DNA of 63,992 nt, counting the filler, from Sphacelaria rigidula (taxonomy: Eukaryota): the NCBI GenBank assembly GCA_964200075.2. It is 3 parts of 3 records of this genome, joined end to end, with 100 filler letters (N's around TTAATTAATTAA, not from the genome) between each part and the next. Parts side by side here need not be neighbours in the genome. Positions count along the whole stretch, not along the records: positions 21,717 to 43,323 come from CAXNAA020000402.1; 2 more parts are not named here. One strand, written 5' to 3'. The notes beneath the pieces are model-generated. The model had not been told where the DNA came from. It made no database searches and saw nothing but the letters and a program-made list of their open reading frames with translations. The translations under genes were made by a program, and so were the position numbers. Positions 24,701-39,700 of this stretch are shown piece after piece; the first letter of the stretch is position 1; each line of letters begins with the position of its first letter.

Positions 24701-27700
24701 ACAGCCCGGACATAGACATGAAGTAGAAAAGGTAGCCTTCCTCTTCATTTACCCCATAACAACACAGCCCGGACATAGACATGGAAAAAAGAAGCTAGCC
24801 CTCCTTTTCATTTCACCTACTATAACACAGCCCGGACATAGACACGAAATAGAGAGGCCAACCTTCCTCTTCATTCAACCTACTATAACACAGCCCGGAC
24901 ATAGACATGATATAGAGGAGCTAACCCTCCTTTTTATATCACCTACTACGAGACAGCCCGGACATAGACATGGAATGAAGAAGTGAACCCTCCTTTTCAT
25001 TTGACCTACCATTACACAGCCCGGACATAGACATGGAATAGAGAAGCTGACCCTTTTTCTTATTTAACCTACTATAACACAGCCCGGACATAGACATGAA
25101 CTAGAGAGGCCAACCTTCCTCTTTATTCACCCCACCATAACACAGCCCGGACATAGACATGGAATAGAGAGGCCGACCTTCCTCTTTATTTTACCTGCTA
25201 TGAGACAGCCCGGACAAAGACATGAAATACAGGAGCTAACCCTCCTTTCAATATCACCTGCTACAAGACAGCCCGGACATAGACATGGAATAGAGAAGCT
25301 AACCTTCCTCTTTATTTAACCTACTATAACACAGCCCGGACATGGACATGGAATAGAGAAGCTAGCCCTCCTTTTCATACAACCTACCATAACACAGCCC
25401 GGACATAGACATGGAATACAGAAGCTAACCCTTCTTTTCATTTAACCTACCGTAACACAGCCCGGACGTAGACAGGAAAGAAAGAAGCCAACCTTCCTTT
25501 TTACAACAAAGCCCGGACATGAACATGAACTAGAGAGGCCAACCTTCCCTTTTATTTACCCCACCATGACACAGCACGGTCATAGACATGGGATAGATAA
25601 GCTAGCCTTCCCTTCCATACAACCCACCATCACACAGCCCGGACATAGACATGGAATAAAGGGGCCAACTTTCCTCTTTCCTTGACCTACTATAAGACAG
25701 CCCACACATAGACATGAAATAGGGAACTAAACCCTTCTTTATTCAACCCACCATAACACAGCCCGGAGATAAACATGGAATAGAGAGGCCAACCTTCATT
25801 TAACCTACCATCACACAGCCCGGTAATGGACATGTAATAGAGAACCTACCCCGTCTTTTTATTTTTTCTACCATAACACAGCCCGGACGTAGACATGGAA
25901 TAGAGAAGCCAACCTTCCTTTTTACGACAAAGCCCGGACATAGACATGAACTAGAGAGGCCAACCTTTCTCTTTATTCACCCCACCATGACACAGCCCGG
26001 TCATAGATATGGGATAGAGAAGCTAGCCCTCCTTTTCATACAACCCACCATCACAAAGCCCGGATATAGACATGAAACAGAGAGGCCAACCTTTCTCTTT
26101 ATTCAACCTACTATAACACAGCGCGGACATAGCCATGAAATAGAGGAGCTAACCCTCCTTTCTATATCACCTACTACAAGACAGCCCGGACATAGACATG
26201 GAATAAAGAACTTAACCCTTCTTTATACTTAACCTACTATAACACAGCCCGGACATAGACATGGAATAGAGAAGCTAACCCGTTTTTCCATTTAGCCTAC
26301 CATAACACAGCCCGGTCATAGACATGAAAGAGAGAAGCTAACCCTCCTGCTTGTTCAACTTACCATAACACAGCCCGGACATAGACATGAAGTGGAAAAG
26401 CTAGCCTTTGTCTTCATTTACCCCACCATAACACAGCCCGGACATAGACATGGAATAGAGAAGCTAGCCCTCCTTTTCATTTAACATACTATAACACAGC
26501 CCGGACATAGACATAAAATAGAGAGGCCAACCTTCCTCTTTATTTAACCTACCATAACCCAGCCCGGACAGAGACATGGGAGAGGGAAGCTAACCCTTCT
26601 CTTGATTTCACCCACCATAACACAGCCCGGACATACACATGGAATAGAGAGGCCAACCTCCCTCCTTAATTAACTTCACATTACACAGCCCTGACATAGA
26701 CATGGAATACAGAGGCTAACCCTTCTTTTAATTTAACCTACCACAATACAGCCCGGACGTAGACATGAGAGAGAGAGGCCAACCTTTCTTTTTACAACAA
26801 AGCCCGGACATAGACATGAACTAGAGAGGCCAGCCTTCCTTTTTATTTACCCCCTCATGACACAGCCCGGTCATAGACATGGAATAGGGAAGCTAGCCCT
26901 CCTTTTCATACAACCCACCATCACACAGCCCAGACATAGACATGAACTAGAGAGGCCAACCTTCCTCTTCATTCAACCTACTATAACACAGCCCGGCAAT
27001 GGACATGGAATAGAGAAGCTAGCCCTCCTTTTCATTGAACCTACCATAACACAGCCCGGACATATACATGAAATAGAGAAGCTAACCCTTCTTTTCATTT
27101 CACGTACCATGACACAGCCCGGACATAGACATGGAATAGAGAAGCTAGCCCTCCTTTTCATACAACCCACCATAACACAGTCCGGACATAGACATGGAAT
27201 AGAAAAGCTAGCCCTCCTTATCATTTCACGTATCATAACACAGCCCGGACGTAGACATGAAAGAGAGAAGCCAACCTCCCTTTTTACAACAAAGCCCAGA
27301 CATAGACATGAACTAGAGAGGCCAACCTTTCCTTTTATTCACCTCACCATGACACAGCCCGGTCATAGACATGGAATAGAGAAGCTAGCCCTCCTTTCCA
27401 TACAACCCACCATCACACAGCCCGGACATTGACATGAAATAGAGGGGCCAACCTCCTTCTTCATTTAAACTACTATAAGACAGCCCCGACATAGACATGA
27501 AATAGAGGAGGTAACCCTCCTTTGAATATCACATACTACGAGACAGCCCGGACATAGACATGGAATAAAGAAGTGGACCCTCCTTTTCATTTAACCCACC
27601 ATTACACAGCCCGGACATGGACATGGAATAGAGAGGCCAACCTCCCTCTTGAATTAACTTACCATTACACAGCCCGGACATGAACATGGAATACAGAAGC

Positions 27701-30700
27701 TAACCCTTCTTTTCACATCACCTACCAAAACACAGCCCGGACGTAGACATGAAATAGAGAAGCCAACATTTCGTTTTACAACAAAGCCCGGACATAGACA
27801 TCATCTAGAGAGGCCAACCTTCCTTTTTATTTACCCCATCATGACACAGCCCGGTCATAGACATGAAATAGAGAAGCTAGCCCTCCTTTTCATACAACCC
27901 ACCATCACACAGCCCGGACATAGACATGGAACAGAGAGGCCAACCTTCCTCTTTATTCAACCTACTATAACACAGCCCGGACATAGCCATGAAAGAGAGA
28001 AGCCAATCTTCCTTTTTACAACAAATCCCGGACATAGACATGAACTAGAGAGGCCAACCTTCCTTCTTATTTACCCCCTCATGACACAGCCCGGTCATAG
28101 ACATGGAATAGAGAAGCTAGCCCTTCTTTTCATACAACCCACCATCACACAGCCCGGACATAGACATGAACCACAGAGGCCAACCTTCCTCTTCATTCAA
28201 CCTACTATAACACAGCCCGGACATAGCCATGAAATAGAGGAGCTAACCCTCCTTTTTATATCACCTACTAAAAGACAGCCCGGACATAGACATGGAATAA
28301 AGAACTTAACCCTTCTTCATATTTCACCTACCATCACACAGCCCGGACATAGACATGGAATAGAGAAGCTAACCCTTTTTTTCATTTAACCTACCATAAC
28401 ACAGCCCGGTCATGGACATGAAATAGAGAGGTCAATCTTCCTCTTTATTTAACCTACTATAACACAGCCCGGACATAGACATGGGAGAGGGAGACTAACC
28501 TTTCTCTTGATTTCACCCACCATAACACAGCCCGGACATACATATGGAATAGAGAGGCCAACCTCCCTCTTTAAATGACTTAACATTACACAGCCCGGAC
28601 ATAGACATGGAATACAGAAGCTAACCCTTCTTTTCATTCAACCTACCACAACACAGCCCGGACGTAGACATGAAAGAGAGAGGCCAACCTTCCGTTTTAC
28701 AACAAAGCCCGGACACAGACATGAACTAGAGAGGCCAACCTTCCTTTTTATTTACCCCCTCATGACACAGCCCGGTCATAGACATGGAAGAGAGAAGCTA
28801 GCCCTCCTTTCTATACAACCCACCATCACACAGCCCGGACATAGACATGAAACAGAGAGGCCAACCTTCCTCTTCATTCAACCTACCATAACACAGCCCG
28901 GACATAGCCATGAAATAGAGAAGCTAACCCTCCTTTTTATATCACCTACTACAAGACAGCCCGGACATAGACATGGAATAAAGAACTTAACCCTTCTTTA
29001 TATTTCACCTATCATAACACAGCCCGGACATAGACATGGAATAGAGAAGCTTACCCTTTTTTTCATTTACCCTACCATAACACGACCCGGTCATAGACAT
29101 GAAAGAGAGAAGCTAACCCTCCTCCTTGTTCAACTTATCATCATACAGCCCGGACATAGCCATGAAATAGAGGAGCTAACCCTCCTTTGAACATCACTTA
29201 CTACGAGACAGCCCGGACATAGACATGGAATACAGAAGCTAACCCTTCTTTTCATCTAACCTACCATAACACAGCCCGGTCATAGACATGAAATAGAGAA
29301 GCTAGCCCTCCTTTTCATACAACCCACCATCACACAGCTCGGACATAGACATGGAACAGAGAGGCCAACCTTCCTCTTTATTCAACCTACTATAACACAG
29401 CCCGGACATAGCCATGAAAGAGAGAAGCCAACCTTCCTTTTTACAACAAATCCCGGACATAGACATGAACTAGAGAGGCCAACCTTTCTTTTTATTTACC
29501 CCCTCATGACACAGCCCGGTCATTGACATGGAATAGAGAAGCTAGCCCTCCTTTTCATACAACCCACCATCACACAGCCCGGACATAGACATGAAATAGA
29601 GAGGCCAACCTTCCTCTTCATTTAACCTACTATAACACAGCCCGGCAATAGACATGGAATAAAGAAGCTAGCCCTCCTTTCCAAACAACCCACCATCACA
29701 CAGCCCGGACATAGACATGAAGTAGAGGAGCTAACCCTCCTTTGAATATCACCTACTACGAGACAGCCCGGACATAGACATGTAATAAAGAAGTGGACCC
29801 TCCTTCTCATTTAACCTACCATAACACAGCCCGGACGTAGACATGAAAAAAAGACGCCAACCTTCCTTTTAACAACGAAGCCCGGACATAGACATGAACT
29901 AGAGAGGCCAACCTTCCTTTTGATTACCCTATCATGACATAGCCCGGTCATAGACATGGAATAGAGACGATAGCCCTCCTTTCTATACAACACACCATCA
30001 CACAGCCCGGACATAGACATGAAATAGAGAAGCTAGCCCTCCTTTTCATTTACCCTACCATCACACAGCCCGGACATAGCCATGAAAGAGAGAAGCCAAC
30101 CTTTCCTTTTACAACAAAGCCCGGACACAGACATGAACTAGAGAGGCCAACCTTCCTTTTTATTTACCCCCTCATGACACAGCCCGGTCATAGACATGAA
30201 ATGGAGAAGCTAGCCCTCCTTTTCATACAACCCACCATCACACAGCCCGGACATAGACATGAAACAGAGAGGCCGACCTTCCTCTTCATTGAACCTACTA
30301 TAACACAGCCCGGACATAGCCATGAAATAGAGGAGCTAACGCTACTTTTTATATCACCTACTACAAGACAGCCCGGACATAGACATGGAATAGAGAAGCT
30401 AACCCTTTTTTTCATTTACCCTTCCATAACACAGCCCGGACATAGACATGGAATAGAGAAGCTTACCCTTTTTTCCATTTAACCTACCATAACACATCCC
30501 GGTCATAGACATGAAAGAGAGAAGCTAACCCTCCTCCTTGTTCAACTTATCATAACACAGCCCGGACTTAGACATGAAGTAGAAAAGCTAGCCTTCCTCT
30601 TTATTTACCCCACCATAACACAGCACGGACATAGACATGGAATAGGGAGCTAGCCCTCCTTTTCATTTCACCTACTATAACACAGCCCGGACATAGACAT

Positions 30701-33700
30701 TAAATGGAGAAGCTAACCCTTCCTCTTTATTTAACCTACTATAACACAGCCCAGACATAGACATGGGAGAGGGAGACTAACCCTTCTCTTGATTTTACCC
30801 ACCATAACACAGCCCGGACATACATATGGAATAGAGAGGCCAACCTCCATCTTCAATTAACTTAACATTACACAGCCCGGACATAGACATGGAATACAGA
30901 AGCTAACCCTTCTTTTCATTTAACCTACCATAACACAGCCCGGACGTAGACATGAAAGAGAGAAGCCAACCTTCCTTTTAACAACAAAGCCCGGACATAG
31001 ACATGAACTAGAGAGGGCAACCTTTCTATTAACAACGAAGTCCGGTCATAGACATGAACTAGAGAGGCCAACCTTCCTCTTGATCACCCTATCCTGACAT
31101 AGCCCGGTCATAGACATGGAATAGAGACGCTAGCCCTCCTTTTCATACAACCCACCATAACACAGCCCGGACATAGACATGAAATAGAGAAGCTAACCCT
31201 TCTTTTCATACCACCTACCATCACACAGCCCGGACATAGACATGAAATAGAGAGGCCAACCTTCCTCTTCATTCAACCTACTATAACACAGCCCGGCAAT
31301 AGACATGGAATAAAAAAGGTAACCCTCCTTGTCATTGAACCTACCATAACACAGCCCGGACATATACATGAAATAGAGAAGCTAACCCTTCTTTTCATTT
31401 CACCTACCATAACACAGCCCGGACATAGATACGACAGAGAGAAGCCAACCTCCCTTTTCATTTACCCTACCATAACACAGCCCGGACCTAGACATGAAAA
31501 AAAGACGCCAACCTTCCTTTGAACAACGAAGTCCGGACATAGACATGAACTAGAGAGGCCAACCTTCCTTTTGATTACCCTATCATGACATAGCCCGGTC
31601 ATAGACATAGAATAAAGACGCTAGCCCTCCTTTCCATACAACACACCATCACACAGCCCGAACATAGACATGAAATAGAGAAGCTAGCCCTCCTTTTCAT
31701 TTCACCTACTATAACACAGCCCGGACATAGACATGAAATGGAGAAGCTAACCCTTCCTCTTTAATTAACCTACTATAACACAGCCCGGACATAGACATGG
31801 GAGAGGGAGACTTACCCTTCTCTTGATTTTACCCACCAAAACACAGCCCGGACATACATATGGAATAGAGAGGCCAACCTCCCTCTTCAATTAACTTAAC
31901 ATTACACAGCCCGGACATAGACATGGAATACAGAAGCTAACCCTTCTTTTCATTTAACCTACCATAACACAGCCGGGACGTAGACATGAAAGAGAGAAGC
32001 CAACCTTCCTTTTAACAACAAAGCCCGGACATAGACATGAACTAGAGAGGGCAACCTTTCTATTAACAACGAAGCCCGGTCATAGACATGAACTAGAGAG
32101 GCCAACCTTCCTTTCGATCACCCTATCATGACATAGCCCGGTCATAGACATGGAATAGAGACGCTAGCCCTCCTTTTCATACAACCCACCATAACACAGC
32201 CCGGACATAGACATGAAATAGAGAAGCTAACCCTTCTTTTCATATCACCTACCATCACACAGCCCGGACATAGACATGAAATAGAGAGGCCAACCTTCCT
32301 CTTCATTCAACCTACTATAACACAGCCCGGACATAGACATGAAATAAAAAAGCTAACCCTCCTTTTCATTGAACCTACCATAACACAGCCCGGACATATA
32401 CATGAAATAGAGAAGCTAACCCTTCTTTTCATTTCACCTACCATAACACAGCCCGGACCTAGACATGAAAAAAAGACGCCAACCTTCCTTTTAACAACGA
32501 AGTCCGGACATAGACATGAACTAGAGAGGCCAACCTTCCTTTTGATTACCCTATCATGACATAGCCCGGTCATAGACATAGATTAGAGACGCTAGCCCTC
32601 CTTTCCATACAACACACCATCACACAGCCCGGACATAGACATGAAATAGAGAAGCTAGCCCTCCTTTTCATTTACCCTACCATCACACAGCCCGGACATA
32701 GCCATGAAAGAGAGAAGCCAACCTTCCTTTTTACCACAAAGCCCGGACACAGACATGAACTAGAGAGGCCAACCTTCCTTTTTATTTACCCCCTCATGAC
32801 ACAGCCCGGTCATAGACATGGAATACAGAAGCTAGCCCTCCTTTTCATACAACCCACCATCACATAGCCCGGACATAGACATGAAACAGAGAGGCCAACC
32901 TTCCTCTTCATTGAACCTACTATAACACAGCCCGGACATAGCCATGAAATAGAGAAGCTAACCCTCCTTTTTATATCACCTACTACAAGACAGCCCGGAC
33001 ATAGACATGGAATAAATAACTTAACCCCTCTTTATATTTCACCTATCATAACACAGCCCGGACATAGACATGGAATAGAGAAGCTAACCCTTTTTTTCAT
33101 TTACCCTACCATAACACAACCCGGACATAGACATGAAAGAGAGAAGCTAACCCTCCTCCTTGTTCAACTTATCATAACACAGCCCGGACATAGACAAGAA
33201 GTAGAGGAGCTAACCCTCCTTTGAATATCACCTACTACGAGACAGCCCGGACATAGACATGGAATACAAAAGCTAACCCTTCTTTTCATCTAACCTACCA
33301 TAACACAGCCCGGTCATAGACATGAAATAGAGAAGCTAGCCCTCCTTTTCATACAACCCACCATCACACAGCTCGGACATAGACATGGAACAGAGAGGCC
33401 AACCTTCCTCTTTATTCAACCTACTATAACACAGCCCGGACATAGCCATGAAAGAGAGAAGCCAACCTTCCTCTTTACAACAAATCCCGGACATAGACAT
33501 GAACTAGAGAGGCCAACCTTTCTTTTTATTTACCCCCTCATGACACAGCCCGGTCATAGACATGGAATAGAGAAGCTAGCCCTCCTTTTCATACAACCCA
33601 CCATCACTCAGCCCGGACATAGACATGAAATAGAGAAGCTAACCCTCCTTTTTATATCACCTACTGCAAGACAGCCCGGACATAGACATGGAATAAAGAA

Positions 33701-36700
33701 CTTAACCCTTCTCTATATTTCACCTACCATAACACAGCCCGGACATAGACATGGAATAGAGAAGCTAACCCCTTTTTTCATTTAACCTACCATAACACAG
33801 CCCGGTCATAGATATGAAAGAGAGAAGCTAACCCTCCTCCTTGTTCAACTTATCATAACACAGCCCGGACTTAGACATGAAGTGGAAAAGCTAGCCTTCC
33901 TCTTTATTTACCCAACCATAACACAGCACGGACATAGACATGGAATAGGGAGCTAGCCCTCCTTTTCATTTCACCTACTATGACACAGCCCGGACATAGA
34001 CATTAAATGGAGAAGCTAACCCTTCCTCTTTATTTAACCTACAATAACACAGCCCGGACATAGACATGGGAGAGGGAGACTAACCCTTCTCTTGATTTTA
34101 CCCACCATAACACAGCCCGAACATACATATAGAATAGAGAGGCCAACCTCCCTCTTCAATTAACTTAACATTACACAGCCCGGACATAGACATGGAATAC
34201 AGAAGCTAACCCTTCTTTTCATTTAACCTACCACAACACAGCCCGGACGTAGACATCAAAGAGAGAGGCCAACCTTCCTTTTCACAACAAAGCCCGGACA
34301 TAGACATGAACTAGAGAGGCCAACCTTCTTTTTTATTTACCCCCTCATGACACAGCCCGGTCATAGACATAGAATAGAGAAGCTAGCCCTCCTTTTCATA
34401 CAACCCACCATCACACAGCCCGGACATAGACATGAAATAGAGAGGCCAACCTTTCTCTTCATTTAACCTACTATAACACAGCCCGGCAATAGACATGGAA
34501 TAGAGAAGCTAAACCTCCCTTTCATTGAACCTACCATAACACAGCCCGGACATAGACATGAAATAGAGAAGCTAGCCCTCCTTTTTATACAACCCACCAT
34601 CACACAGCCCGGACATAGACATGAAAAAGAGAGGCCAACGTTCCTCTTCATTTAACCTACTATAACACAGCCCGGCAATAGACATGGAATAGAGAAGCTA
34701 ACCCTCCTTTTCATCGAACCTACCATAACACAGCCCGGACATATACATGAAATAAGGAACTTAACCCTTCTTTTCATTTCACCTACCATAACACAGCCCG
34801 GACATAGACATGGAATACAAAGGCTAACCCTTTTTTTCACATCACCTACCATAACACAGCCCGGACGTAGACATGGAATAGAGAAGCCAACATTCCTTTT
34901 CACAACAAAGCCCGGACATAGACATGAACAAGAGAGGCCAACCTTCCTTTTTATTTACCCCCTCATGACACAGCCCGGTCGAAGACATGGAATAGAGAAG
35001 CTAGCCCTCCTTTTCATACAACCCACCATCACACAGCCCGGACATAGACATGAAATAGAGAGGCCAACCTTCCTCTTCATTGAACCTACTATAACACAGC
35101 CCGCCAATAGACATGGAATAGAGAAGCCAACCCTCCTTTTCATTGAACCTACCATAACGCAGCCCGGACATATACATGAAATAGAGAAGCTAACCCTTCT
35201 TTTCATTTCACCTACCATAACACGGCCCGGACATAGACATCGAATACAGAGGCTCACCCTTTTTTTCACATCACCTACCACAACACAGCCCGGACGTAGA
35301 CATGAAAGAGAGAAGCCAACCTTCCTTTTCACAACAAAGCCCGGACATAGACATGAACTAGAGAGGCCAACCTTCCTTTTGATTTACCCCATCATGACAA
35401 AGCCCGGTCATAGACATGGAATAAATAAGCTAGCCCTCCTTTTCATACAACCCACCATCACACAGCCCGGACAAAGACATGAAACAGAGAGGCCAACCTT
35501 CCTTTTTGTTCAACCTACTATAACACAGCCCGGACATAGCCATGAAAGAGAGAGGCCAACCTTCTTTTTTACAACAAAGCCCGGACATAGACATGAACTA
35601 GAGAGGCCAACCTTCCTTTTTATTTACCCCCTCATGACACAGCCCGGTCATAGACATGGAATAGAGAAGCTAGCCCCCCTTTTCATACAACCCACCATCA
35701 CACAGCCCGGACATAGACATGAAATAGAGAGGCCAACCTTCCTCTTCATTTAACCTACTATAACACAGCCCGGCAATAGACATGGAATAGAGAAGCTAGC
35801 CCTCCTTTTCATTGAACCTACCATAACACAGCTCGGACATATACATGAAATAGAGAAGCTAACCCTTCTTTTCATTTCACCTACCATAACACAGCCCGAA
35901 CATAGACATGGAATAGAGAGGCTAACCCTCCTTTTCATTGAACCTACCATAACACAGCCCGGACATATACATGAAATAGAGAAGCTAACCCTTCTTTTCA
36001 TTTCACCTACCATAACACAGCCCGGACATATACATGGAATACAGAAGCTAACCCTTCTTTTCATCTAACCTACCATAACACAGCCCGGACGTAGACATGA
36101 AAGAGAGAAGCCAACCTTCCTTTCAACAACAAAGCCCGGACATAGACATGAACTAGAGAGGCCAACCTTCCTTTTGATTACCCTATCATGACATAGCCCG
36201 GTCATAGACATGGAATAGAGACGCTAGCCCTCATTTCCATACAACACACCATCACACAGCCCGGACATAGACATGAAATAGAGAAGCTAGCCCTCCTTTT
36301 CATTCACCCTACCATAACACAGCCCGGACATAGACATGGAATACAGAAGCTAACCCTTCTTTTCATTTAACCTACCATAACACAGCCCGGACGTAGACAT
36401 GAAAGAGAGAAGCCAGCCTTCCTTTTAACAACAAAGCCCGGACATAGACATGAACTAGAGAGGCCAACCTTCCTTTTGATTACCCTATCATGACATAGCC
36501 CGGTCATAGACATGGAATAGAGACGCTAGCCCTCATTTCCATACAACACACAATCACACAGCCCGGACATAGACATGAAATAGAGAAGCTAGCCCTCCTT
36601 TTCATTTACCCTACCATAACACAGCCCGGACATAGAAATGGAATAGAGAAGCTAGCCCTCCTTATCGTTTCACATACCATAACACAGCCCGGACATAGAC

Positions 36701-39700
36701 ATGGAATAGAAAAGCTAGCCCTCCTTATCAAATACCTACCATAACACAGCCCGGACGTAGACATGAACGAGAGAAGCCAACCTCCTTTTTTACAACAAAG
36801 CCCGGACATAGACATGAACTAGAGAGGCCAACCTTTCCTTTTATTAACCCCACCATCACACAGCCCGGACATAGACATGAAATAGAGGGGCTAACCCTCC
36901 TTTGAGTATCACCTACTACGAGACAGCCCGGACATAGAAATGGATTAAGAAGTGGACCCTTCTTTTCATTGAACCTACCATTACACAGCCCGGACATGGA
37001 CATGGAATAGAGAGGCCAACCTCCCTCTTGAATGAACTTACCATTACACAGCCCGGACATAAACATGGAATACAGAAGCTAGCCCTTCTTTTCACATCAC
37101 CTACCACAACACAGCCCGGACGTAGACATGAAATAGAGAAGCCAACATTCCTCTTTACAACAAAGCCCGGACATAGACATGAAATAGAGAGGCCAACCTT
37201 CCTCTTCATTCAACCTACTATAACACAGCCCGGCAATAGACATGGAATAGAGAAGCTAGCCCTCCTTTTCATTGAACCTACCATAACACAGCCCGGACAT
37301 ATACATGAAATAGAGAAGCTAACCCTTCTTTTCATTTCACCTACCATAACACAGCCCGGACATAGACATGGAATACAAAAGCTAACCCTTCTTTTCATTT
37401 AACCTACCATAACACAGCCTGGACGAAGACATGAAAGAGAGAAGCCAACCTTCCTTTTAACAACAAAGCCCGGACATAGACATGAACTAGAGAGACCAAC
37501 CTTCCTTTTGATTACCCTATCATGACATAGCCCGGTCATAGACATGGAATAGATACGCTAGCCCTGTTTGTCATACAACCCACCATCACACAGCCCGCAC
37601 ATGACATGAAATAGAGAAGCTAGCCCTCCTTTTCATTTACCCTACCATAAAACAGCCCGAACGTAGACATGAAAGAAAGAAGCCAACCTCTTTTTTTACA
37701 ACAAAGCCCGGACATAGACATGAACTAGAGAGGCCAACCTTTCTTTTTATATACCCCACCATGACACAGCCCGGTCATAGACATGGAATAGAGAAGCTAG
37801 CCCTCCTTTCCATACAACCCACCATCACACAGCCCGGACATAGACATGAAATAGAGGAGCTAACCCTACTTTGAATATCACCTACTACGAGACAGCCCGG
37901 ACATAGACATGGAATAAAGAAGTGGACCCTTCTTTTCATTGAACCTACCATTACACAGCCCGGACATGGACATGGAATAGAGAGGCCAACCTCCCTCTTG
38001 AAATAACTTACCATTAGACAGCCCGGACATAAACATGGAATACAGAAGCTAGCCCTTCTTTACACATCACCTACCACAACACAGCCCCGACGTAGACATG
38101 AAATAGAGAAGCCAACATTCCTTTTTACAACAAAGCCCGGACATAGACATGAACTAGAGAGAGGCCAACCTTCCTTTTTATTTACCCCATCATGACACAG
38201 GCCGGTCATAGACATGGAATGGAGAAGCTAGCCCTCCCTTTCATACAACCCACCATCACACAACCCGGACATAGACATGAAATAGAGAGGCCAACCTTCC
38301 TCTTCATTGAACCTACTATAACACAGCCCGGACATAGACATGGAATGGAGAAGCTGGCCCTCCTTTTCATTGAACCTACGATAACACAGCCCGGACATAG
38401 ACATAAAATAGAGAGGCCAACCTTCCTTATATTTAACCTGCTATACGACAGCCCGGACATAGACGTGATACAGAGAAGCTCACCCTCCTTTTTATATCAC
38501 CTACTACAACACAGCCCGGACATAGACATGGAACAGAGAGGCCAACCTTCCTCTTCATTTCACCTACCATAACACAGCCCGGACGTAGACATGAAAGAGA
38601 GAAGCCAACCTTCGTTTTTACAACAAAGCCCGGACATAGACATGAACTAGAGAGGCCAACCTTCCTTTTTATTCACCCCCTCATGACACAGCCCGGACAT
38701 AGACATAGAATAGAGAAGCTAGCCCTCCTTTTCATACAACCCACCATCACACAGCCCGGACATAGACATGAAACAGAGAGGCCAACCTTCCTTTTTATTC
38801 AACCTACTATAACACAGCCCGGACATAGGCATGAAATAGAGACGCTAACCCTCCTTCTTATTTGACCTACTATAACACAGCCCGGACATAGACATGAGGG
38901 ACGGAAGCTAACCCTTCTTTTCATTTAACCTACCATAACACAGCCCGGACATAGACATGGAATAGAGAAGCTAACCCTTCTTTTCATTGAACCTACCACA
39001 ACACAGCCCATACGTAGACATGAAAAAGAGAAGCCAACCTTCCTTTTTACAACAAAGCCCGGAAATAGACATGAACTAGAGAGGCCAACCTTCCTTTTTA
39101 TTTAGCCCATCATGACACAGCCCGGTCATAGACATGGAATAGAGGAGCTAGCCCTCCTTTTCATACAACCCACCATCACACAGCCTGGAGATAGACATGA
39201 AATAGAGAGGCCAACCTTCCTCCTCATTTAACCTACTATAAGACAGCCCGGCAATAGACATGGAATAGAAAAGCTAGCCCTCCTTTTCATTCAACCTACC
39301 ATAACAGAGCCCGGACATAGACATGGAATAGAGAGGCCAACCTTCCTCTTCATTTACCCTACTATAACACAGCCGGGACATACGCATGAAATAGAGGAGC
39401 TAACCCTGCTTTTATATCACCTACCACAAGACAGCCCGGACATAGACATGGAATAAAGAAGCTAACACTTCTTCTTATTCAACCTACCATAACATTGCCC
39501 GGACATAGACATGAAATAAAGAAGCTAACCCTTTTGTTTATTCAACCTACAATAACACCGCCCGGATATAGACATGAAGGAGAGAAGCTAACCCTCCTCT
39601 TTATTCAACTCACCATAATACATCCCGGACATAGACATAAAGTAGAAAAGCTAGCCTTCCTCTCCATTTACCCCACCATAACACAGCCCGGACATAGACA